Part shown: piece after piece, positions 19,191-29,296 of the stretch
Layout of the letters: every line of letters starts with the position of its first letter
How positions within the stretch are numbered: position 1 is the stretch's first letter
Origin: Bacteroidota bacterium
GTDB taxonomy: Bacteria > Bacteroidota > Bacteroidia > 2-12-FULL-35-15
DNA length: 64,000 bases
Assembly: GCA_025963725.1 (NCBI GenBank)
Contig: JAOQAE010000002.1
Coordinates: forward strand, 1,356,411 to 1,420,410
Direction of reading: 5' to 3'
The notes under the pieces: generated by a model
Databases searched by the model: none
The model's input: only the letters and a program-made list of their open reading frames with translations
Told to the model about the DNA's origin: nothing
Translations under genes and position numbers: made by a program

Positions 19191-20471
19191 ATGAAAAAGA
19201 TCTTACTTACCCTTTCCTCCTTTTTGAGCGTTTTCCTTTGCCAGGCGCAATGGGCCCCGCTAAACTCCACCACTACCGTAAAGCTGAACGATGTGGATTT
19301 CATCGACGAGAATTACGGCGTGATCGTTGGCGACGGCAACACCATTCTCCTCACCACCGATGGCGGGATCACCTGGAACGACGCCAACCATCACAACATT
19401 AGCGGCGATGTAACAAATGTAACACTGATCTCCACCGACACGATGTATGTGAGCACCTACGACTTCAGCAGCGCCACCGGAACAGTTTATTATTCTACCG
19501 ATGCAGGCTTAAGCTGGGCGCCTGTTGCAGCAGACCCGGGGCTCAACCACCGCATCGATCTTGAAATGAACGCTCCTTCCGGGAAGCTGTTCGCATCTTC
19601 AAGCCACCTGATCTCTTCGGATGACCATGGCACAACCTGGGACACGCTATTAAGTAACATTGCAGGAACAACCTCTACCGACCTGCTGCATTTTGCCGAC
19701 AGCCAGACGGGAAGCCTCTCGGGAAACATTTCCGGTTTTATCGGCTATTCAGCATACTTTTTCCGCACGGAAGATGCGGGCGCGCACTGGTATGCAGGCG
19801 ACCCTTTCTCTTTCCCGAATTCCAATGCGCTTACCACCATGTGCTTCGTGAATGCCGACACTGCTTTTGCATTCATGAACCAGTACAGCGGCTGGGCACC
19901 TTCGGCAGTGAACAGGCTGGTGAAGATCTTTAACTTCAACCTTTCCATTCCTTCACCGGGTGATACTTCCTACGTATTCAGCAACCAGATGGTGAACACC
20001 ACCATGCCGGATTATATGAACGATGCGCGTTTCGAGGATTCTTCGAACGGGCTTGCTGTAGGGAACGCAGGAAAGATCTACCGCACCACCAACGGCGGTA
20101 CCTCCTGGACAGTTGATTACACAGATACCTGCAGCAGCTGCCCGATCCTGAAAATGGATTTTGAAAACGGCACTGGCTACGCAGTGGGCGCGAACGGGAT
20201 CCTTGTGAAATACGGTGTTACAACCGGCACTCCTGAAGCTGCTGCCGCAAGCTTCGGCATTTATCCGAACCCCGGACACGATGTATTTTATATTAAGACA
20301 AATTCAGCCAAAGCATCCCTTGAAGTTTACAATGCCATTGGCGAGCTGATCACAGCTGCTGAAACAGGCAATGAATACAGGCTTGACCTTTCGGGATATT
20401 CAAAAGGAATTTATTTTGCGAAGCTGACCGTTAATGGAAAAGCAGTGAGTAAAAAGATAGTGCTGGAATAA
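19191..20471 (+). CDS. T9SS-sorted secreted protein with BNR/Asp-box (Ycf48-like) repeats
   Basis: Signal peptide MKKILLTLSSFLSVFLCQAQ. Repeated S/TxDGGxTW motifs (TTDGGITWN, STDAGLSWA, SDDHGTTWD, TTNGGTSWT). T9SS C-terminal domain IYPNPGHDVFYIK...GIYFAKLTVNGKAVSKKIVLE. Confidence 0.75.
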   Translation: MKKILLTLSSFLSVFLCQAQWAPLNSTTTVKLNDVDFIDENYGVIVGDGNTILLTTDGGITWNDANHHNISGDVTNVTLISTDTMYVSTYDFSSATGTVYYSTDAGLSWAPVAADPGLNHRIDLEMNAPSGKLFASSSHLISSDDHGTTWDTLLSNIAGTTSTDLLHFADSQTGSLSGNISGFIGYSAYFFRTEDAGAHWYAGDPFSFPNSNALTTMCFVNADTAFAFMNQYSGWAPSAVNRLVKIFNFNLSIPSPGDTSYVFSNQMVNTTMPDYMNDARFEDSSNGLAVGNAGKIYRTTNGGTSWTVDYTDTCSSCPILKMDFENGTGYAVGANGILVKYGVTTGTPEAAAASFGIYPNPGHDVFYIKTNSAKASLEVYNAIGELITAAETGNEYRLDLSGYSKGIYFAKLTVNGKAVSKKIVLE

Positions 20472-20493
20472 TTAAAATGAGATTTATAAAATG

Positions 20494-20526
20494 AAAAGAG
20501 CTGCATGATGCGGCTCTTTTTGTTTT
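20494..20526 (+). terminator. Rho-independent terminator
   Basis: A 9-bp stem (agagctgca / tgcggctct) with a 3-nt loop is followed by TTTTTGTTTT. It lies directly after the stop of the 19191-20471 gene. Confidence 0.7.
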
Positions 20527-20649
20527 ATATCAAAGCGGTACCGGGAAAGGAGAAATCAGGGAATTAAAATTTTGTACTATATTAGCTATCACGACTCCTC
20601 TAACGAGCTTTCGGGCCAACAGCAAAACCAAATAACCAAACTATAAATT

Positions 20650-22167
20650 ATGATAACAGAGAACCCGACCAGCTCACTTGAAAAAATATTTTCAGGCGCT
20701 TCCTTTAAAAACCTTGATCAGGCCGCATTGGTAAAACAATTTGACATTTCGCCGCAGCTCCGTAAAAACAATTCAGCGGCAAAGCCTGCAGCCGCATACG
20801 TGCCGCAGGTTGGCCCTGACATAAGCAACATTCCTTCCGGGGGTATTATAATAAATCAGCCGGGACAATACCGGTTCTTAAATGATATAACATGGGCCCC
20901 TGCAGGTGCAGGTGCGGCTATTCTTGTATTAGCCAATGATGTAGTGCTGGACCTGAAGGGGTTCACATTAACGGTAAATGCGCCCGGGCCAAATGCAGGC
21001 ACTCAATACAATGGCATCAGTTTGGGGATCAGTGATAAGGGCGTTACCACTGTAAATGCGGTTACATTGCAAAACGGAACTGTAAACGGAGCCAGTTATT
21101 ACGGAGTAAGCGCAATGCAAACAACTAATCTGCAGATCAGTAATATAACCGTTGGCAATATAAGCTATAATGAAACAGCCACAGCCAATCTAACGGCCTG
21201 TGGAATATTTATCGATTCCTCGGATGTATTTAACGTGCAGAATTGCATCGTGCAAAACATAACGGTAATGGCTCCTTCCTGTGCGGGCATCCAGATCCTT
21301 TCTTCAACCAACGGGAACGTGTCGGGCTGCACAATGAAACAATTCGTTAATTCCGACGGAGGTGTGCAGGGATTCAGCTACCTCAAATCTTCAAACATAA
21401 CTACGAATGCATGCATTTCAGAAAACTTCAGGTCGCACTACAGGGGCCAGACAGATACAACAGGCCATACGGTGATTGGTTATGTGCCGATATTTTGCAA
21501 CGACCTTGAATATAACGACTGTAGTGCCGATGGCATGACGGGCTGCTGCGATGATTGCCATGGCATGTCGGTTTTCCTGAATTCATACGTCCAGGTAAAT
21601 AATTTCAGCGCTACAAATGTGATCGATGGCGCGTGCAGCGTGAACACGGGGGCGAAAGCTACCGGACTGGAAGTTTACGGCGATTATATTACAATAAACA
21701 ATTGCACTTCGAGCAACATTAAAGCTATTGTTCCACAGGACTTACAAAGCGCGGGGTTCAGCGCATGGGGAACAAACATTACATTTAACAACTGCGTGGC
21801 AACGGATGTACTTGTCCTGGATGCCAATCAACAGCCCTCAACCCAGTACGGTTATGGTGTAGGCTTTGGCTGGGCGCCTGATCCCCGTACCGTATTTAAT
21901 TTCAACTCAACACCGGCACACCTTACGCAATACAACAACTGTAACGCAAATAATTGCCAGGTTGGCTTCGATACATGGTTTCATACGAATTCACAATGGA
22001 ACAATGTGATGACACAAGATTGCCCTATTTTTATTCTGGCAGAAAAGTATGGTACGCCGAGAACACTTTCTATGGACAAATGTTCCGAGTCGCCCAGCGG
22101 AGAGCCCGTATCGGTTACTATCACCAACATAGCTGCCGATAATACCTTTCCACAACTTCACGTATAG
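20650..22167 (+). CDS. Hypothetical Cys-rich protein, likely right-handed beta-helix fold
   Basis: Repetitive N/T/G-rich segments (NISYNETATANLTACGIFIDSS, NITVMAPSCAGIQILSS) typical of parallel beta-helix. No signal peptide. Confidence 0.45.
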   Translation: MITENPTSSLEKIFSGASFKNLDQAALVKQFDISPQLRKNNSAAKPAAAYVPQVGPDISNIPSGGIIINQPGQYRFLNDITWAPAGAGAAILVLANDVVLDLKGFTLTVNAPGPNAGTQYNGISLGISDKGVTTVNAVTLQNGTVNGASYYGVSAMQTTNLQISNITVGNISYNETATANLTACGIFIDSSDVFNVQNCIVQNITVMAPSCAGIQILSSTNGNVSGCTMKQFVNSDGGVQGFSYLKSSNITTNACISENFRSHYRGQTDTTGHTVIGYVPIFCNDLEYNDCSADGMTGCCDDCHGMSVFLNSYVQVNNFSATNVIDGACSVNTGAKATGLEVYGDYITINNCTSSNIKAIVPQDLQSAGFSAWGTNITFNNCVATDVLVLDANQQPSTQYGYGVGFGWAPDPRTVFNFNSTPAHLTQYNNCNANNCQVGFDTWFHTNSQWNNVMTQDCPIFILAEKYGTPRTLSMDKCSESPSGEPVSVTITNIAADNTFPQLHV

Positions 22168-22239
22168 TCTTTTAAATTTTCTAAGGGCTATTTTTCTAAA
22201 ATGCCGGACTGATCCAGGAAGCGATCGGTCCGGTATTTA

Positions 22240-23118
22240 TTACAAATACCTTTTTAAGGTCATCTCCACTTCCTTCGCATATCCGCCTCCGAATAAATTC
22301 ACGTGCACCAGCAAAGGATATAAATTACACAGCTCCATACGCTGCTCCCAGCCTTTTTCCATTGGGAAAGCCTCGTTGTATGAGCGGTAAAATGCCGGCG
22401 GGAAGCCTCCGAACAGCCGCGTCATGGCGAGATCCATTTCCCTGTGCCCGTAATACACAGCAGGATCATACATACAGGGATTTCTATCCGCGTCGGTCAT
22501 AAAATTTCCGCTCCAGAGGTCGCCATGCAGTAATGCAGGCTTCTCCTGCGGGAATAGCTGATCCATTTTACCAAAGAGGCGTTCAAATGAAGTGAGGATG
22601 CTCCTGCTTATTTTTCGCTGATCGTAGGCTGGCTGCAATTGCTTCAACAAGCGCTCATGAATAAAGAACTCCGGCCAGGAAGCATGAAAGGAATTTGTTT
22701 GTTTCAATGAGCCGATGTAATTATCGTGACCGAGGCCGAAATGCTCATTGCTGCGCCGGTGCATTTGGGCAAGCAGCCTGCCGAACTCCTCGAAGGAGCG
22801 GTCTGTATTAATGCCGGGCATCAGATATTCAAGCACAAGAAATGCCTGTTCATCAGCAAGCCCGTTTATAATTACAGTCGGAATTTTTATTTCTGAATTT
22901 TTCGCGAGCAGCTCCAGTCCTTTGCATTCCGCTTCGAACATTCCCGGGAATTTTCCGGCATTGTTCAGCTTCATAAAATAATCGGAACCACCGGCCGATA
23001 TTTTATAAGCTTCGTTGATGCTGCCGCCCGAAAGGCTGCTGGCAGCAGTGATCTTCGCAGGCTTTGAAAAATGAAGCGTGAGCGCCTGCTCTATCTGTGA
23101 AACAAGGGAAACATCCAC
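22240..23118 (-). CDS. Fructosamine/ketosamine-3-kinase family protein
   Basis: ALLHGDLWSGN catalytic motif and overall FN3K-like length and order. Confidence 0.8.
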   Translation of the reverse strand: MDVSLVSQIEQALTLHFSKPAKITAASSLSGGSINEAYKISAGGSDYFMKLNNAGKFPGMFEAECKGLELLAKNSEIKIPTVIINGLADEQAFLVLEYLMPGINTDRSFEEFGRLLAQMHRRSNEHFGLGHDNYIGSLKQTNSFHASWPEFFIHERLLKQLQPAYDQRKISRSILTSFERLFGKMDQLFPQEKPALLHGDLWSGNFMTDADRNPCMYDPAVYYGHREMDLAMTRLFGGFPPAFYRSYNEAFPMEKGWEQRMELCNLYPLLVHVNLFGGGYAKEVEMTLKRYL

Positions 23119-23127
23119 AGAATAAGC

Positions 23128-25146
23128 CTATTTGGTTTGTGCGGGGATCAGGCCTAATTTTTCCAGTTCTTCAAGGTACACACGCTTGCCCTGGTAAATT
23201 GCCGTTACGAAAGCATCTGTTTGTCCTGCAGCCCTTACCTTATCCTTGTGCGCAATTGCTTCGTTCAGCGTATTAAATGCGCCACCGATCGTGAAACGCG
23301 TGATGCCGTCATCCAGCAAAAGCTTTTCCACTTTGCCAAGGCCTTTTAAGTGATTGTAATTATAATTCTTTGGCAGGTTATACGCTGCGATCTGCACCTT
23401 GAACTCCAAGCCTTCCTTGGATGAATTCCCAACCCTGTTCACTACTTCCCCGATCGTTGGCTTGCGCGCTACGGTATCTGTTTTTACAGGAGGAATAGAA
23501 TCGGCCTTCGGCAGCGTATCCTTCGGGATCGTAAAATTAATGTTCACTTTCTTTTCGGTGTAAGCGGAGAGCGCGCGCGCTTCTACATTTACTGTCTGCG
23601 AAGGATAATCCTTCAATGAATAGGTTACCTTATAATCCGTGCCCGGTGGCAGGTTCACGAGGTAGCTTCCGCTCTGTAAGTTGGAGGCAAATTCACGGAA
23701 CACCGTATTCCCGCTTGTCGTTTCCACTTTGATCTGTGCTTCCACCGGTTTTGAATCAACAGTTGTGATCCCGCTCAGCATGAATACGGCCGGCGCTTTC
23801 ATCACCTTGCTCACGTCCACGGAATAAATATCCTGCAAACCAAAGCCGCCCGATTTACCGGAAGCATAATATCCTCTTGTTCCGTTTGCAGCCAGCACAA
23901 AGTAAATGTCCTCATCCGGCGTATTGATCGGGTAGCCCATATTTACGGGCGTCGACCAGGATGAATCCTTCGGGTTCAGCTCTGTTTTAAAAATATCGTA
24001 GCCGCCCATGCTGTTCAATCCCTTTGAGCTGTAAAGCATGGTAACGCCATCGGGATGTATGAAAGGCGCATCGTCATCATATACCGTATTCACGGTTGCT
24101 CCCAGGTTTTTGATCTTCCCCCAGGATCCGTCAGGCATAAGGCTTGCCATGTATAAGTCTTTCCCGCCGAAGCCTCCCGGCCATTCGCTTGAAAAGTAAA
24201 GTATTTTTTCATCGGCCGATAAAGAAGCGCTGCCTTCCCATGCGGAAGTGTTCACATCCCCTCTTAGCTTCTCCGGCTCGCTCCAGGTATCTCCGCGCAG
24301 TACGCTTATATAAATGTCGCCGCCATCGTACCCGTTATCGCGGAACACAAATAATTTCTGCCCGTCGTTCGAGATCCCGATCGCAGCATCATGCGCATTG
24401 GTATTGATGTTTGGCCCTATGCTGCCACCGGCAACCCACTTATCACCTTCTTTGTGCGTGATGAACACATCCTCGTAATAGATCCCGAACTCATCGGGCT
24501 GGTTAAATGCGTTCTGCTTTCCGCCGGTGCTTTCATCGCCGCGGTAAGTATAGATCATCACCTGCTCATCGGAAGAGATCACGGGCACATATTCGGAATT
24601 GGTGGTATTCACGATCTCGCCGATGTTCTCGATCTGCGCCTCTACCGGCGAGGCAACAAGGGCCTTCGCATTATTACAATAGGAGGCCAGCTGTTCGGCC
24701 AGCTTCTTTTTCTCAGGGGTGGTGCTTTTTCGCTTTACGTATTTATCAAGCATCGCGAGCGCCTCATCAAATTTATAATTGTAATGATAAGCACGGGCAA
24801 TGTCGTACTCCACATCGGCAGCTTTCTTGTTCTTTTCATAAACCTGCAACAGCAGTTCCAGCGCACGCGCGTGGTAATCGCTGCGGTAAAGCCCGCAGAT
24901 GCCCGTCACATATTTCAGGTAGGTTTCCTTCGGATGGTTTTCCAGCATCTTTTCATAATACGGCAGGGCCATAACAAAGTTCTCTTCCTCGAACATCGTT
25001 TGTGCTTTGGCCAGGGAATCGAGCTCTGTCTTTCGCCATTTCCGGGTTTTCATGCTTCCCTGTGAAAAGGCTGCATGCACCGAGCACAGGATCAGCAACA
25101 GGAGTAGATTTTTTTTCATAACCGTAAAGATTGATTGCCTGCTCAA
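23128..25146 (-). CDS. Periplasmic/OM-associated protein with TPR-like N-terminus, PD40 (TolB-like) beta-propeller repeats and C-terminal SPOR-like domains
   Basis: Signal peptide. PD40-type repeats read SLSADEKILYFSSE...GGKDLY and HPDGVTMLYSSKG..GGYDIF. C-terminal FKVQIAAYNLPKNYN...GITRFTIGGAFNTLNEA resembles a SPOR peptidoglycan-binding domain. It is a paralog of 25384-28203. Confidence 0.65.
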   Translation of the reverse strand: MSRQSIFTVMKKNLLLLLILCSVHAAFSQGSMKTRKWRKTELDSLAKAQTMFEEENFVMALPYYEKMLENHPKETYLKYVTGICGLYRSDYHARALELLLQVYEKNKKAADVEYDIARAYHYNYKFDEALAMLDKYVKRKSTTPEKKKLAEQLASYCNNAKALVASPVEAQIENIGEIVNTTNSEYVPVISSDEQVMIYTYRGDESTGGKQNAFNQPDEFGIYYEDVFITHKEGDKWVAGGSIGPNINTNAHDAAIGISNDGQKLFVFRDNGYDGGDIYISVLRGDTWSEPEKLRGDVNTSAWEGSASLSADEKILYFSSEWPGGFGGKDLYMASLMPDGSWGKIKNLGATVNTVYDDDAPFIHPDGVTMLYSSKGLNSMGGYDIFKTELNPKDSSWSTPVNMGYPINTPDEDIYFVLAANGTRGYYASGKSGGFGLQDIYSVDVSKVMKAPAVFMLSGITTVDSKPVEAQIKVETTSGNTVFREFASNLQSGSYLVNLPPGTDYKVTYSLKDYPSQTVNVEARALSAYTEKKVNINFTIPKDTLPKADSIPPVKTDTVARKPTIGEVVNRVGNSSKEGLEFKVQIAAYNLPKNYNYNHLKGLGKVEKLLLDDGITRFTIGGAFNTLNEAIAHKDKVRAAGQTDAFVTAIYQGKRVYLEELEKLGLIPAQTK

Positions 25147-25171
25147 AAATAGTTAATTTTACACTCGAATT

Positions 25172-25387
25172 ATGAACCTGCAGGCCCCGCATACTCCCAA
25201 CATGTACCGTGAAAATATCCGGCTTGGACTTCTCGTGGACGTTGTATTAAAAAAAGACCAGCGCACCGGTAAGCGAACCAGGGGAAAAGTTCAGGCGATC
25301 CTCACGAGCAGCCCCTTTCACTCACGCGGCATCAAAGTGATGCTCGATACACGGCAGGTGGGCCGCGTCCAGGAAATTATCGGTTAA
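25172..25387 (+). CDS. YwbE family (DUF2196) small protein
   Basis: IRLGLLVDVVLKKDQRTGKRTRGKVQAILTSSPFHSRGIKVMLDTRQVGRVQEI matches the YwbE signature. It is sandwiched between the two paralogs. Confidence 0.65.
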   Translation: MNLQAPHTPNMYRENIRLGLLVDVVLKKDQRTGKRTRGKVQAILTSSPFHSRGIKVMLDTRQVGRVQEIIG

Positions 25388-28203
25388 TTGATCCTCTTAT
25401 TGAAAAAATTGTTGGCGATCAGTTCCTGCAGTAGCATGCGCTTGCCCTGGTACACTGCGGTGATCCACGCATCTTTCGTTCCCAGGCGGATACACTCCTG
25501 GCGGAACGCTTCCGCATCCTTTATCGTAGTGAAATCGCGCATGGTGAAACGCGTGATCCCGTCGGGATACGGCAATACCAGTGTCGGCGGCGGCTCCAGT
25601 GAATTCAGGTTCTTGTGCTTGAAATTCTGCGGATGCCTGTAAGCGCCGATCTGCACGCGGAAGACCAGTCCTTCCGAACAGATGCTTCCCGCCTGCGCGA
25701 TCAGCCTGTCATATACTTCCTTATTATTCAGGTCTTTCCCTACAAAGGCTGTAAAATCGGCATTAGCGCCCGGATCGCATGGATTATTATATTCCTCGAG
25801 GGTTTTACGCGTGCCGAAGAAGAACACCGTAACAATTGATTTGGAAGCATCCGGCTCCTTCTCGATCAGGTTCTTTTTGAATGCATCCGCTTCTGCCAGG
25901 GTTTTAAAAGGGCCGAATGTGTATCTGATCTTTCCGTCAGGATAGGTCTTCTTCTCTATCTTGCCGTATTTGCTTAAGTGATCAAGCTTGAAATCCTCTT
26001 CCTTATCCACCGCCGCGATCTCTACCTTATAGCTCAGCCCGGAGATCTCCGATTTGCCATTGTCCTTTACAAGGTTGTTCACTTCCTCGCCGGTGTTCAG
26101 GCCGACAATCCCGCTTTTCTTCTTGATCACCCGGGTGTCTTTCGGCGCCGTGTAATCCTTGCGTGTGTATTCGCTGGCAAACTCCTGCTGGATGAGCTTG
26201 CGCTGGTTGCAGGAATCAACCGTTACGGTAATGTTCTTCAGCGATGTATCCTTTTCAATGATGCGGTATTTATAGATCTCCGCATCCAATAATGTTTTAA
26301 AGCCCTTCAGGTAAAAGGTTGTATTGCCGTTCGCATCCGTCCTGCTCTTAATGCTGTCAACACCTGTTAATTTTTCAGCGCTGAAATCCGCGGCATTCTC
26401 AAATGTTCCAAGCTCCACATTGTACGTTACGCACTCTTTTTTACGGTCGCCGTATTTTTTCAGGATCTCCTGGTACACCCGCGCTTCGTACACTTCAGCC
26501 TTCTTCTCCTCATTGAACCGCTTGATCTGCTCGTTGATCTGCGTCTGGATCACATTCGATGAATCCTTCACAGCCACCACTTCATTCTGCTTTACGTACG
26601 TTTCAGAGTAGAACTTAAAGTCCTTCTGCACCTGCACATACGTATCAAGGTTCTTTACGTTCACATACTGGTATTGCGATTCATAGCCTTCCACTTCGAT
26701 GGCCACCTTGTAATTATTGCCGGGCGTGAGCGCGATGATGTATTTCCCGGATGATGAATTGGAATGATAAGATCCCTGCTTCTCCCCGGTTTCAGCATTC
26801 GTAACGTTAATGGTAGCATCCACGGGCTTTCCGTCGGCAGTCACAGTTCCCACCACCAGCGCAAGCACGGGAGCCTCACCGAAATAACCGGGAGTTACGG
26901 TATAAAGATCCTGCTGTCCGAAGCCGCCTTTCCTGTCGGAGGAAAAATAGCCGTGCGCTCCATCGGCTGTCAGCACATAAAAGCGCTCATCTTCGGTAGT
27001 GTTGATCGGGTAGCCAAGGTTTACAGATTCATTCCACTTTCCGTCCTTGAACGTAGAATACATAATATCATATCCGCCAATGCTGTTATGTCCTTCGGAG
27101 CTGTAGAACAAAGTGATCCCGTCGGGATGGATAAAAGGGGAATCATCATTATAAGGAGTGTTGATCACAGGGCCCAGGTTTTGTGCCTTGCCCCAAGTGC
27201 CATCCGCCATTTTATCGCTTACATAAATATCCCTTCCGCCCAATCCGCCCGGACGCTCGCTTGCAAAATACAAATGCTTTTCGTCGGCCGACAATGAAAC
27301 GCTTCCTTCCCAGTATTTCGTATTGATCTCAGGGCCCAAGGGCACCGGTGCGCCCCACACTTCACCTGTTAATACGCTCATGTAAATATCGCCGCCATCC
27401 TTCGGCGTGCTGTGGAATATAAACAGCTTTTGCCCGTCGGCTGACAAGGCAATGCTGGCATCATGATTCTTTGTATTGATATTGCTTCCGATGCTTTCCG
27501 GCGTAAGCCATGCATCCCCGAGCCGGTGGGAAACAAAAACATCCTCATAATAATTCCCATTCGGGTCCGGGTTGAAATCATCATCCATTAGTCCACCTGT
27601 GCTGTTCGGGCCGGTATATGTATAGATCAGCACCGATTCATCGGAAGAGATCACGGGCACATATTCCTGGTTCTCCGTATTGATCACTTCCCCCACATTC
27701 TTGATCTCGCATTTCACCTTCAGCTCCACGAAAGCCTTACCGTTCTTGCTGTTCTCGATGTACCGCTCGGTGAGAAGGCGCTGGTTGATCGGCGGTGCAG
27801 TGGCAAGGTATTTCTTAAAATAAGTGATCGCATCATCAAACTTATAGTTCAGGTGATACGAGCGGCCAATATAAAAATCGATGTCGGGCGCATTGGGAGC
27901 AGCCTCTGCCACCTGCAGCAGCAGGTCGGTTGAGCGCTGCTTTTCATCGCTTTTATACAGCAGGCAGATCCCCGAGCGGTATTTGAAATACAATTCGTTC
28001 GGGTAAGTATCCATCAGCTGCATGTACAAAGGAAGTGCGCGGAGATAGCTTTGTTCGCTGTAAAAATATTCGGCGTTTTCCAGCTTTTGCTTATCGTCTT
28101 TGCTCAGGGTTTTCAGGTTGGGGGAAAGATCTTTCTGAGCAACTATGTTTATAGAGCTTATAAACAGGAGCACAAAGGAGATCACAAATATTTGGTTCTT
28201 CAT
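25384..28203 (-). CDS. Paralog of 23128-25146: TPR-like plus PD40 beta-propeller plus multiple SPOR-like repeats
   Basis: Same domain order (SLSADEKHLYFASE..GGRDIY, HPDGITLFYSSEG..GGYDIM), with an expanded C-terminus carrying about three FxVQIxAY SPOR-like units. Confidence 0.65.
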   Translation of the reverse strand: MKNQIFVISFVLLFISSINIVAQKDLSPNLKTLSKDDKQKLENAEYFYSEQSYLRALPLYMQLMDTYPNELYFKYRSGICLLYKSDEKQRSTDLLLQVAEAAPNAPDIDFYIGRSYHLNYKFDDAITYFKKYLATAPPINQRLLTERYIENSKNGKAFVELKVKCEIKNVGEVINTENQEYVPVISSDESVLIYTYTGPNSTGGLMDDDFNPDPNGNYYEDVFVSHRLGDAWLTPESIGSNINTKNHDASIALSADGQKLFIFHSTPKDGGDIYMSVLTGEVWGAPVPLGPEINTKYWEGSVSLSADEKHLYFASERPGGLGGRDIYVSDKMADGTWGKAQNLGPVINTPYNDDSPFIHPDGITLFYSSEGHNSIGGYDIMYSTFKDGKWNESVNLGYPINTTEDERFYVLTADGAHGYFSSDRKGGFGQQDLYTVTPGYFGEAPVLALVVGTVTADGKPVDATINVTNAETGEKQGSYHSNSSSGKYIIALTPGNNYKVAIEVEGYESQYQYVNVKNLDTYVQVQKDFKFYSETYVKQNEVVAVKDSSNVIQTQINEQIKRFNEEKKAEVYEARVYQEILKKYGDRKKECVTYNVELGTFENAADFSAEKLTGVDSIKSRTDANGNTTFYLKGFKTLLDAEIYKYRIIEKDTSLKNITVTVDSCNQRKLIQQEFASEYTRKDYTAPKDTRVIKKKSGIVGLNTGEEVNNLVKDNGKSEISGLSYKVEIAAVDKEEDFKLDHLSKYGKIEKKTYPDGKIRYTFGPFKTLAEADAFKKNLIEKEPDASKSIVTVFFFGTRKTLEEYNNPCDPGANADFTAFVGKDLNNKEVYDRLIAQAGSICSEGLVFRVQIGAYRHPQNFKHKNLNSLEPPPTLVLPYPDGITRFTMRDFTTIKDAEAFRQECIRLGTKDAWITAVYQGKRMLLQELIANNFFNKRIN

Positions 28204-28443
28204 AAATATTTTTTTACCAGCCTGGAGGATAAGCCCCGGGAATAGGATGCACTAAATTGAATATAAATGAAAAAGAATCCACTGCTGTACATTCAAACTT
28301 ATAAACAGCGAGGGGTTAATAAAGGCGATAGTTATTGAAACCAGACCTCCCGCAGGCCCAATGGAATCAAATCATCCGGCTGACCGCAAATCCGATTTCA
28401 ATCAATTGATATTATTCCGTATTTTCGTTCAAAACCCAAACAA

Positions 28444-29085
28444 ATGGAATTTTTAGAAAAAGGAATTGAAGATTATTCGCTGGCGCATTCGCAGCAGGAA
28501 AGTGAGATCTTAAAAAAGGTGAACAGGGAAACGCATGCAAAAGTGATGCAGCCGAGAATGCTCTCAGGGCACATGCAGGGAAATTTCCTTTCCATGCTCA
28601 GCCACATGATCCGCCCGAAGCAGGTGCTCGAGATCGGCACTTACACAGGCTACTCTGCCATCTGCCTTGCACAGGGATTGCAGGAGGGCGGGAAGCTGCG
28701 TACCATCGATGTGAATGAGGAGCTTGAAAAAAGAGTGCGCGGTTACTTTAAGGAAGCCGGGATGGAAAACCGCATCAGCTATTATGTAGGCGACGCTATG
28801 AAGATCATTCCTTCCATCAGCGAAAAGCTCGACCTTGTATTCATTGACGCGGATAAAAAAAATTACAGCAATTATTACGATCTTGTGTTCGACAAAGTAA
28901 ACAGCGGCGGCTTTATCATTGCCGATAACGTGCTTTGGAGCGGCAAGGTGCTCGACCTGGAGAAGAACAGGGATGCAGACACACAATTGATCGATGCGTA
29001 CAATAAAAAGATCCACAACGACCCGAGAGTTGAGCATATGCTCTTACCTTTGCGCGACGGATTGATGATCGCGAGGAAATTATAG
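28444..29085 (+). CDS. Class I SAM-dependent O-methyltransferase (caffeoyl-CoA OMT-like)
   Basis: VLEIGTYTGYSAICLA (SAM motif I), DLVFIDADKKNY and IIADNVLW are typical of the OMT3 family. Confidence 0.85.
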   Translation: MEFLEKGIEDYSLAHSQQESEILKKVNRETHAKVMQPRMLSGHMQGNFLSMLSHMIRPKQVLEIGTYTGYSAICLAQGLQEGGKLRTIDVNEELEKRVRGYFKEAGMENRISYYVGDAMKIIPSISEKLDLVFIDADKKNYSNYYDLVFDKVNSGGFIIADNVLWSGKVLDLEKNRDADTQLIDAYNKKIHNDPRVEHMLLPLRDGLMIARKL

Positions 29086-29119
29086 TTGGGAGGTTGGAGT
29101 TGGTTGATGTAATGACTGT

Positions 29120-29263
29120 AGCGTCAGTTCGAGTAGTGAGGCACGAGCGTATCGAGAACAAGCCCACGCGCTTTCTCGATACTCTCCCTTCGGTCGATCC
29201 CGATAGCTATCGGGACGAAATGACAACACACAGATTCGTACATTAGTAAAAATTCGTAATTCG
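29120..29263 (+). repeat. Composite intergenic repeat: a palindromic element plus a promoter-proximal shared motif
   Basis: CGTCAGTTCGAGT (29122-29134), a 10-bp inverted repeat GTATCGAGAA / TTCTCGATAC (29149-29158 and 29174-29183), and the palindrome TCCCGATAGCTATCGGGA (29198-29215). A CACAGATTCGTACATTAGTAAAAATTCGTAATTCG block (29229-29263) recurs inverted at 39542-39576. The palindromic element recurs inverted at 35597-35655. Confidence 0.5.
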
Positions 29264-29296
29264 CAGGAATAAAAATTATAATCGATATAAAGTAAC

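Noticed and set aside
24391-25065. 224-aa and 155-aa plus-strand ORFs
   Set aside because: They are antisense or out of frame to the 672-aa TPR/PD40/SPOR protein gene.
28204-28443. 240-bp intergenic region screened for a tRNA or small RNA
   Set aside because: There is no cloverleaf-compatible structure, no conserved tRNA boxes (GTTC/TTCGA context) and no strong hairpins. It is probably just the promoter region for the O-methyltransferase gene.
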